From a phage, in the sequence record PZ496581.1: a stretch of 64,000 bases of DNA. One strand, 5' to 3'. The notes under the pieces were generated by a model, which saw only the letters and a list, made by a program, of their open reading frames with translations, was not told where the DNA came from and made no database searches. Of this stretch, positions 26,958 through 35,749 are shown one piece after another; position 1 is the stretch's first letter, and each line of letters begins with the position of its first letter. Position numbers and translations under genes: made by a program.

Positions 26958-27326
26958 TTAATTAAATTTGTTTAAACGTTCAATACACTGGACGTAGTTA
27001 TTCGCGATTTGTTTCTGGGTAGGCTCTTTACCGGTTGTTTCAACATAGCGAATGAATGCGATTTCAGTAGCCTGTAAGCAATGTTCTTTAACGCGTTGTT
27101 CTTTTGACAATGCTACAGTATCAGAGTCACGATAACGTTGAGCATGGGCATCAGCTTGAATCATTCGATTACCTACAGTAACCGGGTCTTCCACTTCAAC
27201 TTTAGGTTGGTCGTACTGTTTAACATTCGGATTGTAAATCAATTGGCCGACGTTATTAGGGATAAAGCCATGGGCACCACATCCGGTTAATCCAAACACC
27301 ATTGCTAAAGCGATTAATTTTTTCAT
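26958..27326 (-). CDS. putative lipoprotein
   Basis: 122 aa; signal peptide with lipobox-like LTGC. Confidence 0.5.
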   Translation of the reverse strand: MKKLIALAMVFGLTGCGAHGFIPNNVGQLIYNPNVKQYDQPKVEVEDPVTVGNRMIQADAHAQRYRDSDTVALSKEQRVKEHCLQATEIAFIRYVETTGKEPTQKQIANNYVQCIERLNKFN

Positions 27327-27354
27327 TTCAATTTCCTCTGTAGTTGATAGAAAG

Positions 27355-27383
27355 ATAGTAACACAGTATGTGGTGCTTGTAAA
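27355..27383 (-). promoter_or_regulatory. sigma70-type early promoter
   Basis: GTTTAC - 17 nt - TTACTAT. Confidence 0.45.
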
Positions 27384-27386
27384 CAG

Positions 27387-27599
27387 CTATTTTAAACTTT
27401 TGCGAAATTTGCGTTTTTCTTGACGAATCTGTCGTTTAGTCGGACGTACAGCAAATTTAACGAAGTCCACTTTGCCGTGTGGAAACTTTTCAGATGCTTC
27501 GCAGTCCATCATTAGTTCCCATCCTTCCAGAATAAGAGCTTTCCATTGTGTAGTTGATGCAAATTCGTATGTTGATGGTTTAAACACAGTTGAATACAT
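27387..27599 (-). CDS. hypothetical small basic protein
   Basis: Trimmed to MYSTVF...; C-terminus VRPTKRQIRQEKRK resembles 55345..55515. Confidence 0.45.
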   Translation of the reverse strand: MYSTVFKPSTYEFASTTQWKALILEGWELMMDCEASEKFPHGKVDFVKFAVRPTKRQIRQEKRKFRKSLK

Positions 27600-27600
27600 A

Positions 27601-27792
27601 TTATCCTCTGAAATCAGCTTCAAAAACTTTCTCGTCATTAACAAATGCTTTAACTAATGCTTTGTTCACTTCAGCAAGTTGTACCGTAACCCACTCGATT
27701 TCTTCGCGATCACCTGATAACATGATATCTTTAGTGAACATCTCACCGCTTTTAAACCAACCGATAAAAGTAACTTTAGTTAATTTGCTCAT
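27601..27792 (-). CDS. dmd: Dmd antitoxin
   Basis: ~63 aa from internal ATG; ...FIGWFKSGEMFTKDI...AEVNKALVKAFVNDEKV...RG matches T4 Dmd as recalled. Confidence 0.8.
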   Translation of the reverse strand: MSKLTKVTFIGWFKSGEMFTKDIMLSGDREEIEWVTVQLAEVNKALVKAFVNDEKVFEADFRG

Positions 27793-28106
27793 ATTTCCTC
27801 GCAAAATGCCCATTCAGCGTGATAAACTGTAGCACCTTTAGTATTATTCATTTGAACTACGTCTACCGGAGAAATTACTCGATAGAGACGTGGTTCACCT
27901 CCATAAGAGCGTGCTGCTCGTCCTGCATAAATCTTTGCTAAACCGATATCTTCAGTAAAGAATACACGATCCAAGTTTTTCTTACGTCCAGTTTCAGACA
28001 GAACTCCTGTTTCCTCAGGAGGACAAAGCATGTTTTCGATGTTAGCTGAACTACTTGAACCGTGATAAAAAATCTTAAATTCTGCTTTACAATCGATGGT
28101 TTTCAT
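27789..28106 (-). CDS. hypothetical protein with H-G-S ... Y-F motif (possible mini ADP-ribosyltransferase-like fold)
   Basis: 105 aa; FYHGSSS...DRVFFTED...IYAGRA pattern reminiscent of PARP/Tpt1 NAD-binding core. Confidence 0.45.
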   Translation of the reverse strand: MKTIDCKAEFKIFYHGSSSSANIENMLCPPEETGVLSETGRKKNLDRVFFTEDIGLAKIYAGRAARSYGGEPRLYRVISPVDVVQMNNTKGATVYHAEWAFCEEI

Positions 28107-28128
28107 TTTGTTCTCCAGTAGTTGATAG

Positions 28129-28161
28129 GACTATAATAACACAACTACTGGAGAAGTAAAC
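28129..28161 (-). promoter_or_regulatory. sigma70-type early promoter in stem-loop
   Basis: GTTTAC - 17 nt - TATTAT; 12-bp inverted repeat CTCCAGTAGTTG / CAACTACTGGAG. Confidence 0.55.
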
Positions 28162-28536
28162 TTAAAAACGTAATTTAGATATATCTGCGTTGATTTCGTT
28201 TTGGTTTGCATCGTATGCAATTAAACGAACCGCTTTAGATGGGTCATTCAATGCATAGAAATGATGGAACATTGCTCGAACGATATCACCATTTACGAGT
28301 TCTACCTGGATAGGAGAACCTTTTTCGAGTTGGAAATGTTCATAAGCTTTGATGGTTCGTAGATAATCAAGTTTTTGATTTCCGGCTCCAACTATTTGTA
28401 CGATACGTTTGCCCATGTTTTCCATACGAGATACAATAGTTTTAGGAGCAAGAATAACGTAGGTTGCCAGTGGAGAAACTACTTCAACAGTTGTGTTTTC
28501 GGTGATTGCAGTAAAAATTGCTTGAGACATATTCAT
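28162..28536 (-). CDS. hypothetical protein
   Basis: 124 aa ORF with early promoter. Confidence 0.5.
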   Translation of the reverse strand: MNMSQAIFTAITENTTVEVVSPLATYVILAPKTIVSRMENMGKRIVQIVGAGNQKLDYLRTIKAYEHFQLEKGSPIQVELVNGDIVRAMFHHFYALNDPSKAVRLIAYDANQNEINADISKLRF

Positions 28537-28565
28537 AATGTTTTCCTCTTGGTTGGTGTAAGTAC

Positions 28566-28594
28566 ATCATATCATGCCTAGAGGAAGATGTAAA
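28566..28594 (-). promoter_or_regulatory. sigma70-type early promoter
   Basis: GTTTAC - 18 nt - TATGAT. Confidence 0.5.
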
Positions 28595-28600
28595 CCCCGA

Positions 28601-28624
28601 AAGGAGACCGAAGTCTCCTTTTTT
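28601..28624. terminator. UUCG/CGAA hairpin after gene 41, terminator-like on both strands
   Basis: GGAGAC-cgaa-GTCTCC; T6 follows on plus strand, A6 precedes. Confidence 0.45.
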
Positions 28625-28625
28625 A

Positions 28626-30068
28626 TTAAAATTTTAACTCATTGGCTAAGCTATCTAGGTCAGCACGTGTTGCTTTGGCTTTACCTACGCGTTCCGTACG
28701 ATTCACCTCTGCCTGACGCATCTGAGCACCTGCGTTTTCATTTACTGTGTTAGGTGTGTTCATGCCTTCTTGCTCAATCTCAATCCATTTCTGGTTGCCT
28801 TTACGTACACCCATCAGGAATTTATTCCACTTATTCTTATCACCATATCGTGATTTGATTTGTTTGATAAGTTGTTGTTCAGCTTGTGCAAGTTCTTCGG
28901 TTTCAATTACGGCCAACATGAAATCTGCCGTTGCTGGTAAACCTGCTGATTCTGCGATATCACTCATGTTCATATCCGAAGCATCCCATGCTGCACGTCC
29001 TACTTGAGCTGCAGTCCATAGAACCGTTTCAGATTCTACTGCTAATGCACGAAGTTCTTCTGCGATAGCTTTAACTAATGTGTAGCTATTTTCAGTGTAA
29101 ACTCTGATACGACAAGACCCACAAATACCTAAGTAATCAACCATGATTACAGATGGCACAAAGTTCTTCTTAAGTTTTAACTCATTAAGCAATGCACGGA
29201 ATGTATTAGCATTAGCTCCACCAGTAGGATACTGTTTAACTACTAAACGTCCTAATGTGGATTTTGAACGCCATTTTTCCATCTTGGCTTTATATTCAGC
29301 ATAAGATACGTTACCATCATCGATATCATCGAGTGATACGTCAAGCATGTTTGCATCTATACGCTTAGCACAAACTTCTTCAGCCATTTCCATGGAAATA
29401 TAAAGAACATTATGACCTGTTTGAAGATAATCTGCAGCAAGTGAACAAAGGCCTAAAGATTTACCAACGTTAACACCGGCCATTAAAACGTTTAGTGTAC
29501 CTGTTTCAGCACCACCTTTAGTGATTTTATTCAAAATGTTTAATTTGAACGGGACCTTACGTGCTTTATTTAGATAAGAAAGCCAGCGTGCTTCGTAGTC
29601 TTCCATCCAGTCATGTCCAACATAACTATCGAACGAAATTGAAAGTGCTTGACGCATAATATCAGGAATAGCTCCTACGTCAGGCATTTTCTTGTTACGT
29701 TGTTCTGGAGGTAGTTCAGCATTAGACTGAATCTCAATGATTTTGGATGTAGCATTATACATCGCTTTTTGCTGGACATATTTCTCAGTTTCTTTAACCA
29801 ACCATTCATGGTCTTCAGGAGTATCAGCCAATTTTTCAATTAGGTCTGAAGTTCCTTTATATTCGGCTTCAGTTAAAGAACTGTTATCTAAAGCCACCTT
29901 TAACGCATTGATAGATGGCATTGCATTATATTCGTTAACGTGGCTCTTTATAATTTTAAAGACATTTTTTGCCGGTCCACGCTCAAAATACTCAGAATCC
30001 ATATAAGGCCAGACCTTAGAAAAATAAGCCTGGTCATATACGAGATGAGACAAAATAATTTCTACCAC
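28626..30068 (-). CDS. 41: replicative DNA helicase (DnaB-like)
   Basis: 480 aa; Walker A GVNVGKS; T4 gp41 size and position. Confidence 0.9.
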   Translation of the reverse strand: MVEIILSHLVYDQAYFSKVWPYMDSEYFERGPAKNVFKIIKSHVNEYNAMPSINALKVALDNSSLTEAEYKGTSDLIEKLADTPEDHEWLVKETEKYVQQKAMYNATSKIIEIQSNAELPPEQRNKKMPDVGAIPDIMRQALSISFDSYVGHDWMEDYEARWLSYLNKARKVPFKLNILNKITKGGAETGTLNVLMAGVNVGKSLGLCSLAADYLQTGHNVLYISMEMAEEVCAKRIDANMLDVSLDDIDDGNVSYAEYKAKMEKWRSKSTLGRLVVKQYPTGGANANTFRALLNELKLKKNFVPSVIMVDYLGICGSCRIRVYTENSYTLVKAIAEELRALAVESETVLWTAAQVGRAAWDASDMNMSDIAESAGLPATADFMLAVIETEELAQAEQQLIKQIKSRYGDKNKWNKFLMGVRKGNQKWIEIEQEGMNTPNTVNENAGAQMRQAEVNRTERVGKAKATRADLDSLANELKF

Positions 30069-30077
30069 GATAACTCC

Positions 30078-30440
30078 TTAAAAGAATTTAAATTTTTTCT
30101 TGGTTCGTTCATTAAAAGCTTGTTGTACTTGCATTGTAACACATTTTTCAACATGTGGTGCAAGTTCTGCTTTTCTGTCCTGGTCAAGAACTGCAAAGTC
30201 CATTACGATTTTACCATCAACCCAGTCTAGTTTTGTAATATAGACTATATGATGGGAACCGTCTTCAAGTGTAATCAGAATCTCTTGAATGACATTTTCC
30301 ATTGCTGAACGGATAATTTTAAGAGATTCATTAAACACTCGTTCTTTGCGAATGTCCTCCCCTTCCGAAGAAGGGGATTCATCAACGATTTCTAGATTTA
30401 AATCATCGAGATTATTCATCGAAATCTTCCATTTCGTCAA
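30078..30440 (-). CDS. hypothetical protein (gene 40 position)
   Basis: 120 aa ORF between 41 and uvsX. Confidence 0.45.
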   Translation of the reverse strand: MTKWKISMNNLDDLNLEIVDESPSSEGEDIRKERVFNESLKIIRSAMENVIQEILITLEDGSHHIVYITKLDWVDGKIVMDFAVLDQDRKAELAPHVEKCVTMQVQQAFNERTKKKFKFF

Positions 30441-31584
30441 GGTCGTTTTCTATATCTGCTGCAGATGGAGCATCAGAAGTTTTAACCGGAACTTTAGTTG
30501 TTGCTTTGCAATTAATAAGGTCGTTAACAGCGTCATCAACTTCTTTAATAGAAGAGATAGCACCTAGTTTATATTTAGTTTCAATTGCATCTCGGAAAGG
30601 TTTGTGTTTAAACAAAGGTCCCCAGAATTCTACACAATCAGTAGCTTTAGCACGCCATGATTTTTCTTCACGAATCATTTCACCTGTTTCTTCGTCAAGG
30701 AATTCGCGAGCATACCAACCGGCTTTAGGCTTAACCACAAAACCGATTTCAGTTGCCATTTCTAACAAGCCACTGAATGGGTCAATACCGCCATCAAAAT
30801 TAACCGTGATCGGGAAAGTAGATTTCTCTTTAACTGTGCGAGATTTTTCTGCTTTCAACGTGAAGTCATAACCGGTCAATTCTGTACCTTCTTTAACCTG
30901 ACGTTTAGAGATAAAAAACACTGTGTTGGCAGAATAAAGAATACCTGTACCACCGCCCATAATCTCTTTAGGATACAATCCGCCAATTTCCATTGCGGTA
31001 TGGTTAATTGCAACACACGGAATATCTTTAATAGTCAGATACGGGGTCACAATACGGAAAAGAGATTTAAGTGCCTTAGCACGAGACATATCACCTACAA
31101 CTTTCTCGTTCAATGCATCTTCAGTTTCTTTCTTAGATGCAGTATTACCGATTGAATCGATAAAGATAATAACTTTATCACCCCGTTCAATCGCGTCAAG
31201 CTGATTAGTCATATCAACTTTAAGTTGTTCGACGGATTGAATCGGAGTATGAACTACACGGTCTAAATCAACACCCATTGAACGAAAATAAGATTCTGAA
31301 GCACCGAATTCTGAGTCATAAAACAAACAGATTGCATCTTTATATTTCTTCATATACGCTGCGACCATAGTTAGTCCAAACAATGTTTTAAAATGTTTAG
31401 AAGGTGCAGCAAAAATAGTCAAGCCTGATTGCAATCCTGCATTCAGAGCACCACCTAGTGCAATATTCAACATCGGAATACGAGTAGGGACTTCATCACG
31501 ATTATTAAACAGCTTAGACTTAGTCAAGTCTGCAGTCATTTTAGAAGTAGAAGCTTTAATCAGACGAGATTTTAAATCAGACAT
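30412..31584 (-). CDS. uvsX: UvsX recombinase (RecA-like)
   Basis: 390 aa; RecA fold motifs; T4 UvsX size and position. Confidence 0.9.
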   Translation of the reverse strand: MSDLKSRLIKASTSKMTADLTKSKLFNNRDEVPTRIPMLNIALGGALNAGLQSGLTIFAAPSKHFKTLFGLTMVAAYMKKYKDAICLFYDSEFGASESYFRSMGVDLDRVVHTPIQSVEQLKVDMTNQLDAIERGDKVIIFIDSIGNTASKKETEDALNEKVVGDMSRAKALKSLFRIVTPYLTIKDIPCVAINHTAMEIGGLYPKEIMGGGTGILYSANTVFFISKRQVKEGTELTGYDFTLKAEKSRTVKEKSTFPITVNFDGGIDPFSGLLEMATEIGFVVKPKAGWYAREFLDEETGEMIREEKSWRAKATDCVEFWGPLFKHKPFRDAIETKYKLGAISSIKEVDDAVNDLINCKATTKVPVKTSDAPSAADIENDLDEMEDFDE

Positions 31585-31637
31585 TGTATTTTTCCATAGG
31601 CATCATTATATTTTACTCATGTTTAAAAGATAAGATG

Positions 31638-31664
31638 ATTATATACTAAGGGTTATACAGCATT
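31638..31664 (-). promoter_or_regulatory. possible MotA-dependent middle promoter (uvsX)
   Basis: AATGCTGTA (MotA-box-like) - 12 nt - TATAAT. Confidence 0.3.
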
Positions 31665-31682
31665 TAAAACTTTAAATGGCTC

Positions 31683-32231
31683 TTAACGAGCCCATTTGAT
31701 GATTTCTGTAATCAAATCATTACGTTCGCTTGCATTAAATCCTATAACTTTGTTAGCACCATCATGATTAAGTAATTGATACGTTTGGATTTTGTTATGA
31801 ATTGCAAACTCTTCAAAATGTGAAATGACTGTATTAAAACCGAATGAAGACAAAGTAATAAGGTCGTCTTCAAAACTTTCAGTCATTTCGTTACGTGTTA
31901 AAATAATTGTGAACACATCATGGTTTTGGCAAAGACGAACATAATCCTGTTCATAAACGTCAAGAACCGAGTCCGCATCTTGTCGAATACGTCCATAAAC
32001 CCAGTTACTAATATATCCACGGTCTAATAGATAAATCTTAGTAGGGTCTAAATAATTCAACATCGTTTCGAAACAGCCAACTTCATTTCGAGACTTAACA
32101 TCGAAACGTCCATCAACTGTTCGTTTAGGGAAATCAATCTTTACATATCTTTCACTAATTTCCATTATGTCATTAATGAAAGTTGTTTTACCAGCATTAT
32201 CCGGGCCATCTACTAAAATAATTTTAGCCAT
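31683..32231 (-). CDS. P-loop kinase (thymidylate-kinase-like)
   Basis: 182 aa; Walker A GPDNAGKTT, LLDRGY resembling TMPK DRY motif; at T4 bgt position. Confidence 0.5.
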   Translation of the reverse strand: MAKIILVDGPDNAGKTTFINDIMEISERYVKIDFPKRTVDGRFDVKSRNEVGCFETMLNYLDPTKIYLLDRGYISNWVYGRIRQDADSVLDVYEQDYVRLCQNHDVFTIILTRNEMTESFEDDLITLSSFGFNTVISHFEEFAIHNKIQTYQLLNHDGANKVIGFNASERNDLITEIIKWAR

Positions 32232-32232
32232 T

Positions 32233-33132
32233 TTATTCCTCGATTACGACATCTTCGTATTTAGGTATATTATACGGTGAAGAAATTAAAGCATTAAAGT
32301 AGATGAACTCACCAAGACCTGGATGGAATACTTCTTCAGGATTTTCGAAATATTGAATCTTCGGACGTCCTTTAAGAATTTGATAGTACTCAGTTTTAGT
32401 TGGTTTAAAAATTCGAATCAACGCTTCTTCAGGATACTTATTTCTGTCGAAGCTATTATTTGGATCGGTTATATAAAGCGGTTGACCTAATTGAATTGCA
32501 CATTCAACCACTTGTTCAAAACGATAGCACGGGTCACTAATTCGAAATGGATGAAAAATACCATCTAGATGAATAGGAGCCAAATCACCTACAAGACGCT
32601 GCATGATGGAAGGACGTATAACTTTCTGGGTTATGATAATCTTATTACCATCGGCACCAGCGTTAACCAGCACTTCTTTTTGACGTTCATTCAACACAGT
32701 AGTTTGAAGTGAACGATTAACCGACAACATATCGGTTTTTAAGAATTCGTCAATATAAAAACGTGGTTTATTAGGGTCTGCAGTGATATTGAAATTGAAT
32801 TCCACATCAAAAGCGCCGTCATATCCGGTGATATCTGTGATTAGAAAATCACAATCATAATAAGCAATTAATGAATCAACCACAAATTCATTTTCAGACC
32901 AGAAATATTTACGAGTGTTATACGCGTTATCTTTATACCATAATGGAACAAACTTAAATTCTGGAAAAAGACGTTCGCATTCTTTAATATCAGATGCATT
33001 ACGTGGATATGTAATCACATCACCCGGATTAGCACGGTGCAAATGAAGTTGGAAGTTGCCATCCTTAAGGATAGCATACTGTCCAGTTTCATAAGACCGC
33101 ATACTCAAAATAGGTACGCGGAAAATAGCCAT
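32233..33132 (-). CDS. hypothetical protein
   Basis: 299 aa, no recognised motif; at T4 bgt position. Confidence 0.5.
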   Translation of the reverse strand: MAIFRVPILSMRSYETGQYAILKDGNFQLHLHRANPGDVITYPRNASDIKECERLFPEFKFVPLWYKDNAYNTRKYFWSENEFVVDSLIAYYDCDFLITDITGYDGAFDVEFNFNITADPNKPRFYIDEFLKTDMLSVNRSLQTTVLNERQKEVLVNAGADGNKIIITQKVIRPSIMQRLVGDLAPIHLDGIFHPFRISDPCYRFEQVVECAIQLGQPLYITDPNNSFDRNKYPEEALIRIFKPTKTEYYQILKGRPKIQYFENPEEVFHPGLGEFIYFNALISSPYNIPKYEDVVIEE

Positions 33133-33848
33133 TAGTCAAGGAATCCTTTAACATAATCAAAATCACGTTCAAACACATGGGCACTTACCATGGTATGAGT
33201 ATAATCACCAACTTCTACACCACATTCGTTAGCGATATAATGAAGTAATTTTCCTTGGAGATAAAAATCCAACTGCATAACAACAGCACAGTTCTGAGAA
33301 CGCATATGACAGTGGGTATAAAGCTTACCATCACGAATATAATAAGTCACTGAGTCAGTACATGGATATTCAAGCGTTTCGTCTGAATCAAGCAAAGCCT
33401 GATCAGAACTTTCTAGAATTTGGAACACAACTCTTCGAGAGTTAGGCTTCTCTTTAAGTTCTTTTAGAAGAGCTGGTAATTGGGCCGCAATGCGAGGACC
33501 ATAGAAAGTGTTGAAGTTCGCCGGCAAAACATCTGATTTTGGTTTAGAAATAAATTTAGCGACATTAGGATATGCCTTAAACGCTTCTTCTGCGTTGGTA
33601 CCACCAGAAATCATAAACTTCCAGAAGTCTTCGGCATATTCATAAGAGATGCGGTTAATACGTGGGTCGGTCATTTTGAATGATGATGGAGTGTCAACAA
33701 CTACTGTCATAGACCCAATTTCATTACAACGTCCAATACGAGAATCAGTTACGAATTCCGGGTTTTCTAAAATTTCACGATTGACTGCTTTAAATGCGGT
33801 TTGAAAATCTGCGGCTTTGATATATTTCATTGTGTTATGTTTTCCCAT
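33132..33848 (-). CDS. 42: dCMP hydroxymethylase-like (thymidylate synthase fold)
   Basis: 238 aa; PNSRR...YPCTDSVTYYIRDGKLYTHCHMRSQNCAVV parallels T4 gp42 PDSRRG...CTNTVQYLIRD...NMRSNDVV; divergent. Confidence 0.7.
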   Translation of the reverse strand: MGKHNTMKYIKAADFQTAFKAVNREILENPEFVTDSRIGRCNEIGSMTVVVDTPSSFKMTDPRINRISYEYAEDFWKFMISGGTNAEEAFKAYPNVAKFISKPKSDVLPANFNTFYGPRIAAQLPALLKELKEKPNSRRVVFQILESSDQALLDSDETLEYPCTDSVTYYIRDGKLYTHCHMRSQNCAVVMQLDFYLQGKLLHYIANECGVEVGDYTHTMVSAHVFERDFDYVKGFLD

Positions 33849-33890
33849 GTTTACCTCAATACAATTTATTATATACTCAATTCGTAAAGC

Positions 33891-34130
33891 TTATTTGAAT
33901 TTCTTGACAATGTTGATATAACGTAAAGCTTCAGCATCGATACTTCCAAGAACACTATGAAGAAATGCATCAGCGTAGTATTCCAATTGAACAGGTTCTT
34001 TAATCACTTTAGCCGCTTTAGTTTCAAACAGGCCCATCAGGGCCTGTTTAAGAATTTGTTCATTAGTGTTCAGTTTCATAGTCAAAATCTCTTCATTAAG
34101 TTGGTGGTTAAAAGTTTTTCTAGAAATCAT
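33891..34130 (-). CDS. hypothetical protein
   Basis: 79 aa ORF. Confidence 0.4.
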   Translation of the reverse strand: MISRKTFNHQLNEEILTMKLNTNEQILKQALMGLFETKAAKVIKEPVQLEYYADAFLHSVLGSIDAEALRYINIVKKFK

Positions 34131-35287
34131 TCCGGGTACCTCAAAGCGTCATCAGAGTTAGTTATATCAATAATAGATATAGAGTTTTCTGCTAACCCGT
34201 TTTTAGATAATTGACGTTTATAATATCTTTCACAATATGTACACGTCGTCCCGCAGATTTCATTAGCACAATCGAAATCTGGATGTCTGAACCACCTTTT
34301 TTCTAAAAAGCCATCTAACAAAGAGGTTTCAATATTTACTGTATGTGAAAACTCAGTTTCGTTTTCAAGAGTGAAAATAGTCTCTAAAGGCTTCCACAGT
34401 TCTAACAAATTACCTTCAAACTTTTCAGAAGCGTATGCTTCAAGAACTTTCAAAATGTAGTCTGTGCTACCTGTACGTCCTGAAACTTTGAATTGAGTGA
34501 TACCAATATCATTATAAAGTTTCAAATCTTGAGGACGAACAAAACGAGTTCTCAACCAGTTAAATGGGTCTGTATCACGAGCTTTAATACAGTGCTGCAT
34601 AGGATATCCGTTTAAGGATTTAGCATCATCAGCTGTAACATCAGTACTATGGAAAATATAGCAAGAGTCACGATAGCTACAATGTGTTGTATACCCTTTA
34701 CCAGCATTAGAACAGAACTCATTTACAAGAACTTCAAATATTATATTGTTCTTATTGCAAAACTCTGCTGCACGCTTCAGGAAAGAAACTGAACGGTTCT
34801 TATGAATTCCACAGCAGACCTTTTTGATATTATATTGGTCATGCAAGTATTTGATTTGAGTTACAGCATCGACATGTAGAATTGTTGAAACTTCAATCTC
34901 AATGTCTTTATTGACTTCACGAACAATTTCCATAACAACAGGGTTAGCGATAGTAATACGCCATACGCCTATTGACCAAAGATACTGAACATAATCCTGA
35001 ATAGCTTTCTTCTTCCACTCAACTAGTTCTCTTTTTGAACCAGGATTTATCGTGTTGAGTGTATAGTTAAAGCAAATACCTAATTCGTTACAACGTTTAA
35101 CGTAATCTTCTAACATCTTTTTGTCAACGTCAGGAAGCCTAAAATCAGGTCTGGCTGCTACAAAAGCCATTTCTCTTGTAGAGCCGTATACTTCATTTAT
35201 CAAGCTATTAGGATAAGTTTTATTGAGCTCTACGATTTTATCAAGAAGAGCTAAATCAAAATTCGTTCCGATTTTAAAAGTATTCAT
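34127..35287 (-). CDS. hypothetical enzyme, weakly peptidase-U32-like
   Basis: 386 aa; EVLVNEFCSNAGKGYTTHCSY loosely resembles U32 signature; Cys cluster CGTTCTYC at C-terminus. Confidence 0.45.
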   Translation of the reverse strand: MNTFKIGTNFDLALLDKIVELNKTYPNSLINEVYGSTREMAFVAARPDFRLPDVDKKMLEDYVKRCNELGICFNYTLNTINPGSKRELVEWKKKAIQDYVQYLWSIGVWRITIANPVVMEIVREVNKDIEIEVSTILHVDAVTQIKYLHDQYNIKKVCCGIHKNRSVSFLKRAAEFCNKNNIIFEVLVNEFCSNAGKGYTTHCSYRDSCYIFHSTDVTADDAKSLNGYPMQHCIKARDTDPFNWLRTRFVRPQDLKLYNDIGITQFKVSGRTGSTDYILKVLEAYASEKFEGNLLELWKPLETIFTLENETEFSHTVNIETSLLDGFLEKRWFRHPDFDCANEICGTTCTYCERYYKRQLSKNGLAENSISIIDITNSDDALRYPE

Positions 35288-35347
35288 TTTTTTTGCATCT
35301 CGCGTTAATTGATGTGATGGTTTTTTTTGCAGGTCTTACTTAAATTA

Positions 35348-35749
35348 TTATAGATTCGGTTTATATGATTTAAATGTTTCGAATTCGCCTTTATTCATAA
35401 GAGCTTTGAATTCGTCAGGACGCATAGCTTTGTCGTCGATAATCCAATCATATACTGGTTTATGTGTTAGCAAATTATGGTACTTCAAACCAATGTTTTC
35501 CAAGTTCTGAATCAGACTTGGGAGAATGTCAATTGCTATACGACCAGGACCTACTGACTTCATACCACGAGCAGTGTAAAGCGTTATGGTATGCCCTGCA
35601 TCATACAGGGCATTAATGGCAGACACCATTTCGACGTCTGGTTTGAAGTTCACGTAATCACGATTGTTATTCCATTCCGTGATGCAATCATCGACATCAA
35701 AACAAAGATTAAGCATGTTTTCTACACGGTGCATTAGATTCGTTCCCAT
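35348..35749 (-). CDS. HAD-superfamily phosphatase
   Basis: 133 aa; motif I FDVDDCIT, motif IV WIIDD. Confidence 0.55.
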   Translation of the reverse strand: MGTNLMHRVENMLNLCFDVDDCITEWNNNRDYVNFKPDVEMVSAINALYDAGHTITLYTARGMKSVGPGRIAIDILPSLIQNLENIGLKYHNLLTHKPVYDWIIDDKAMRPDEFKALMNKGEFETFKSYKPNL

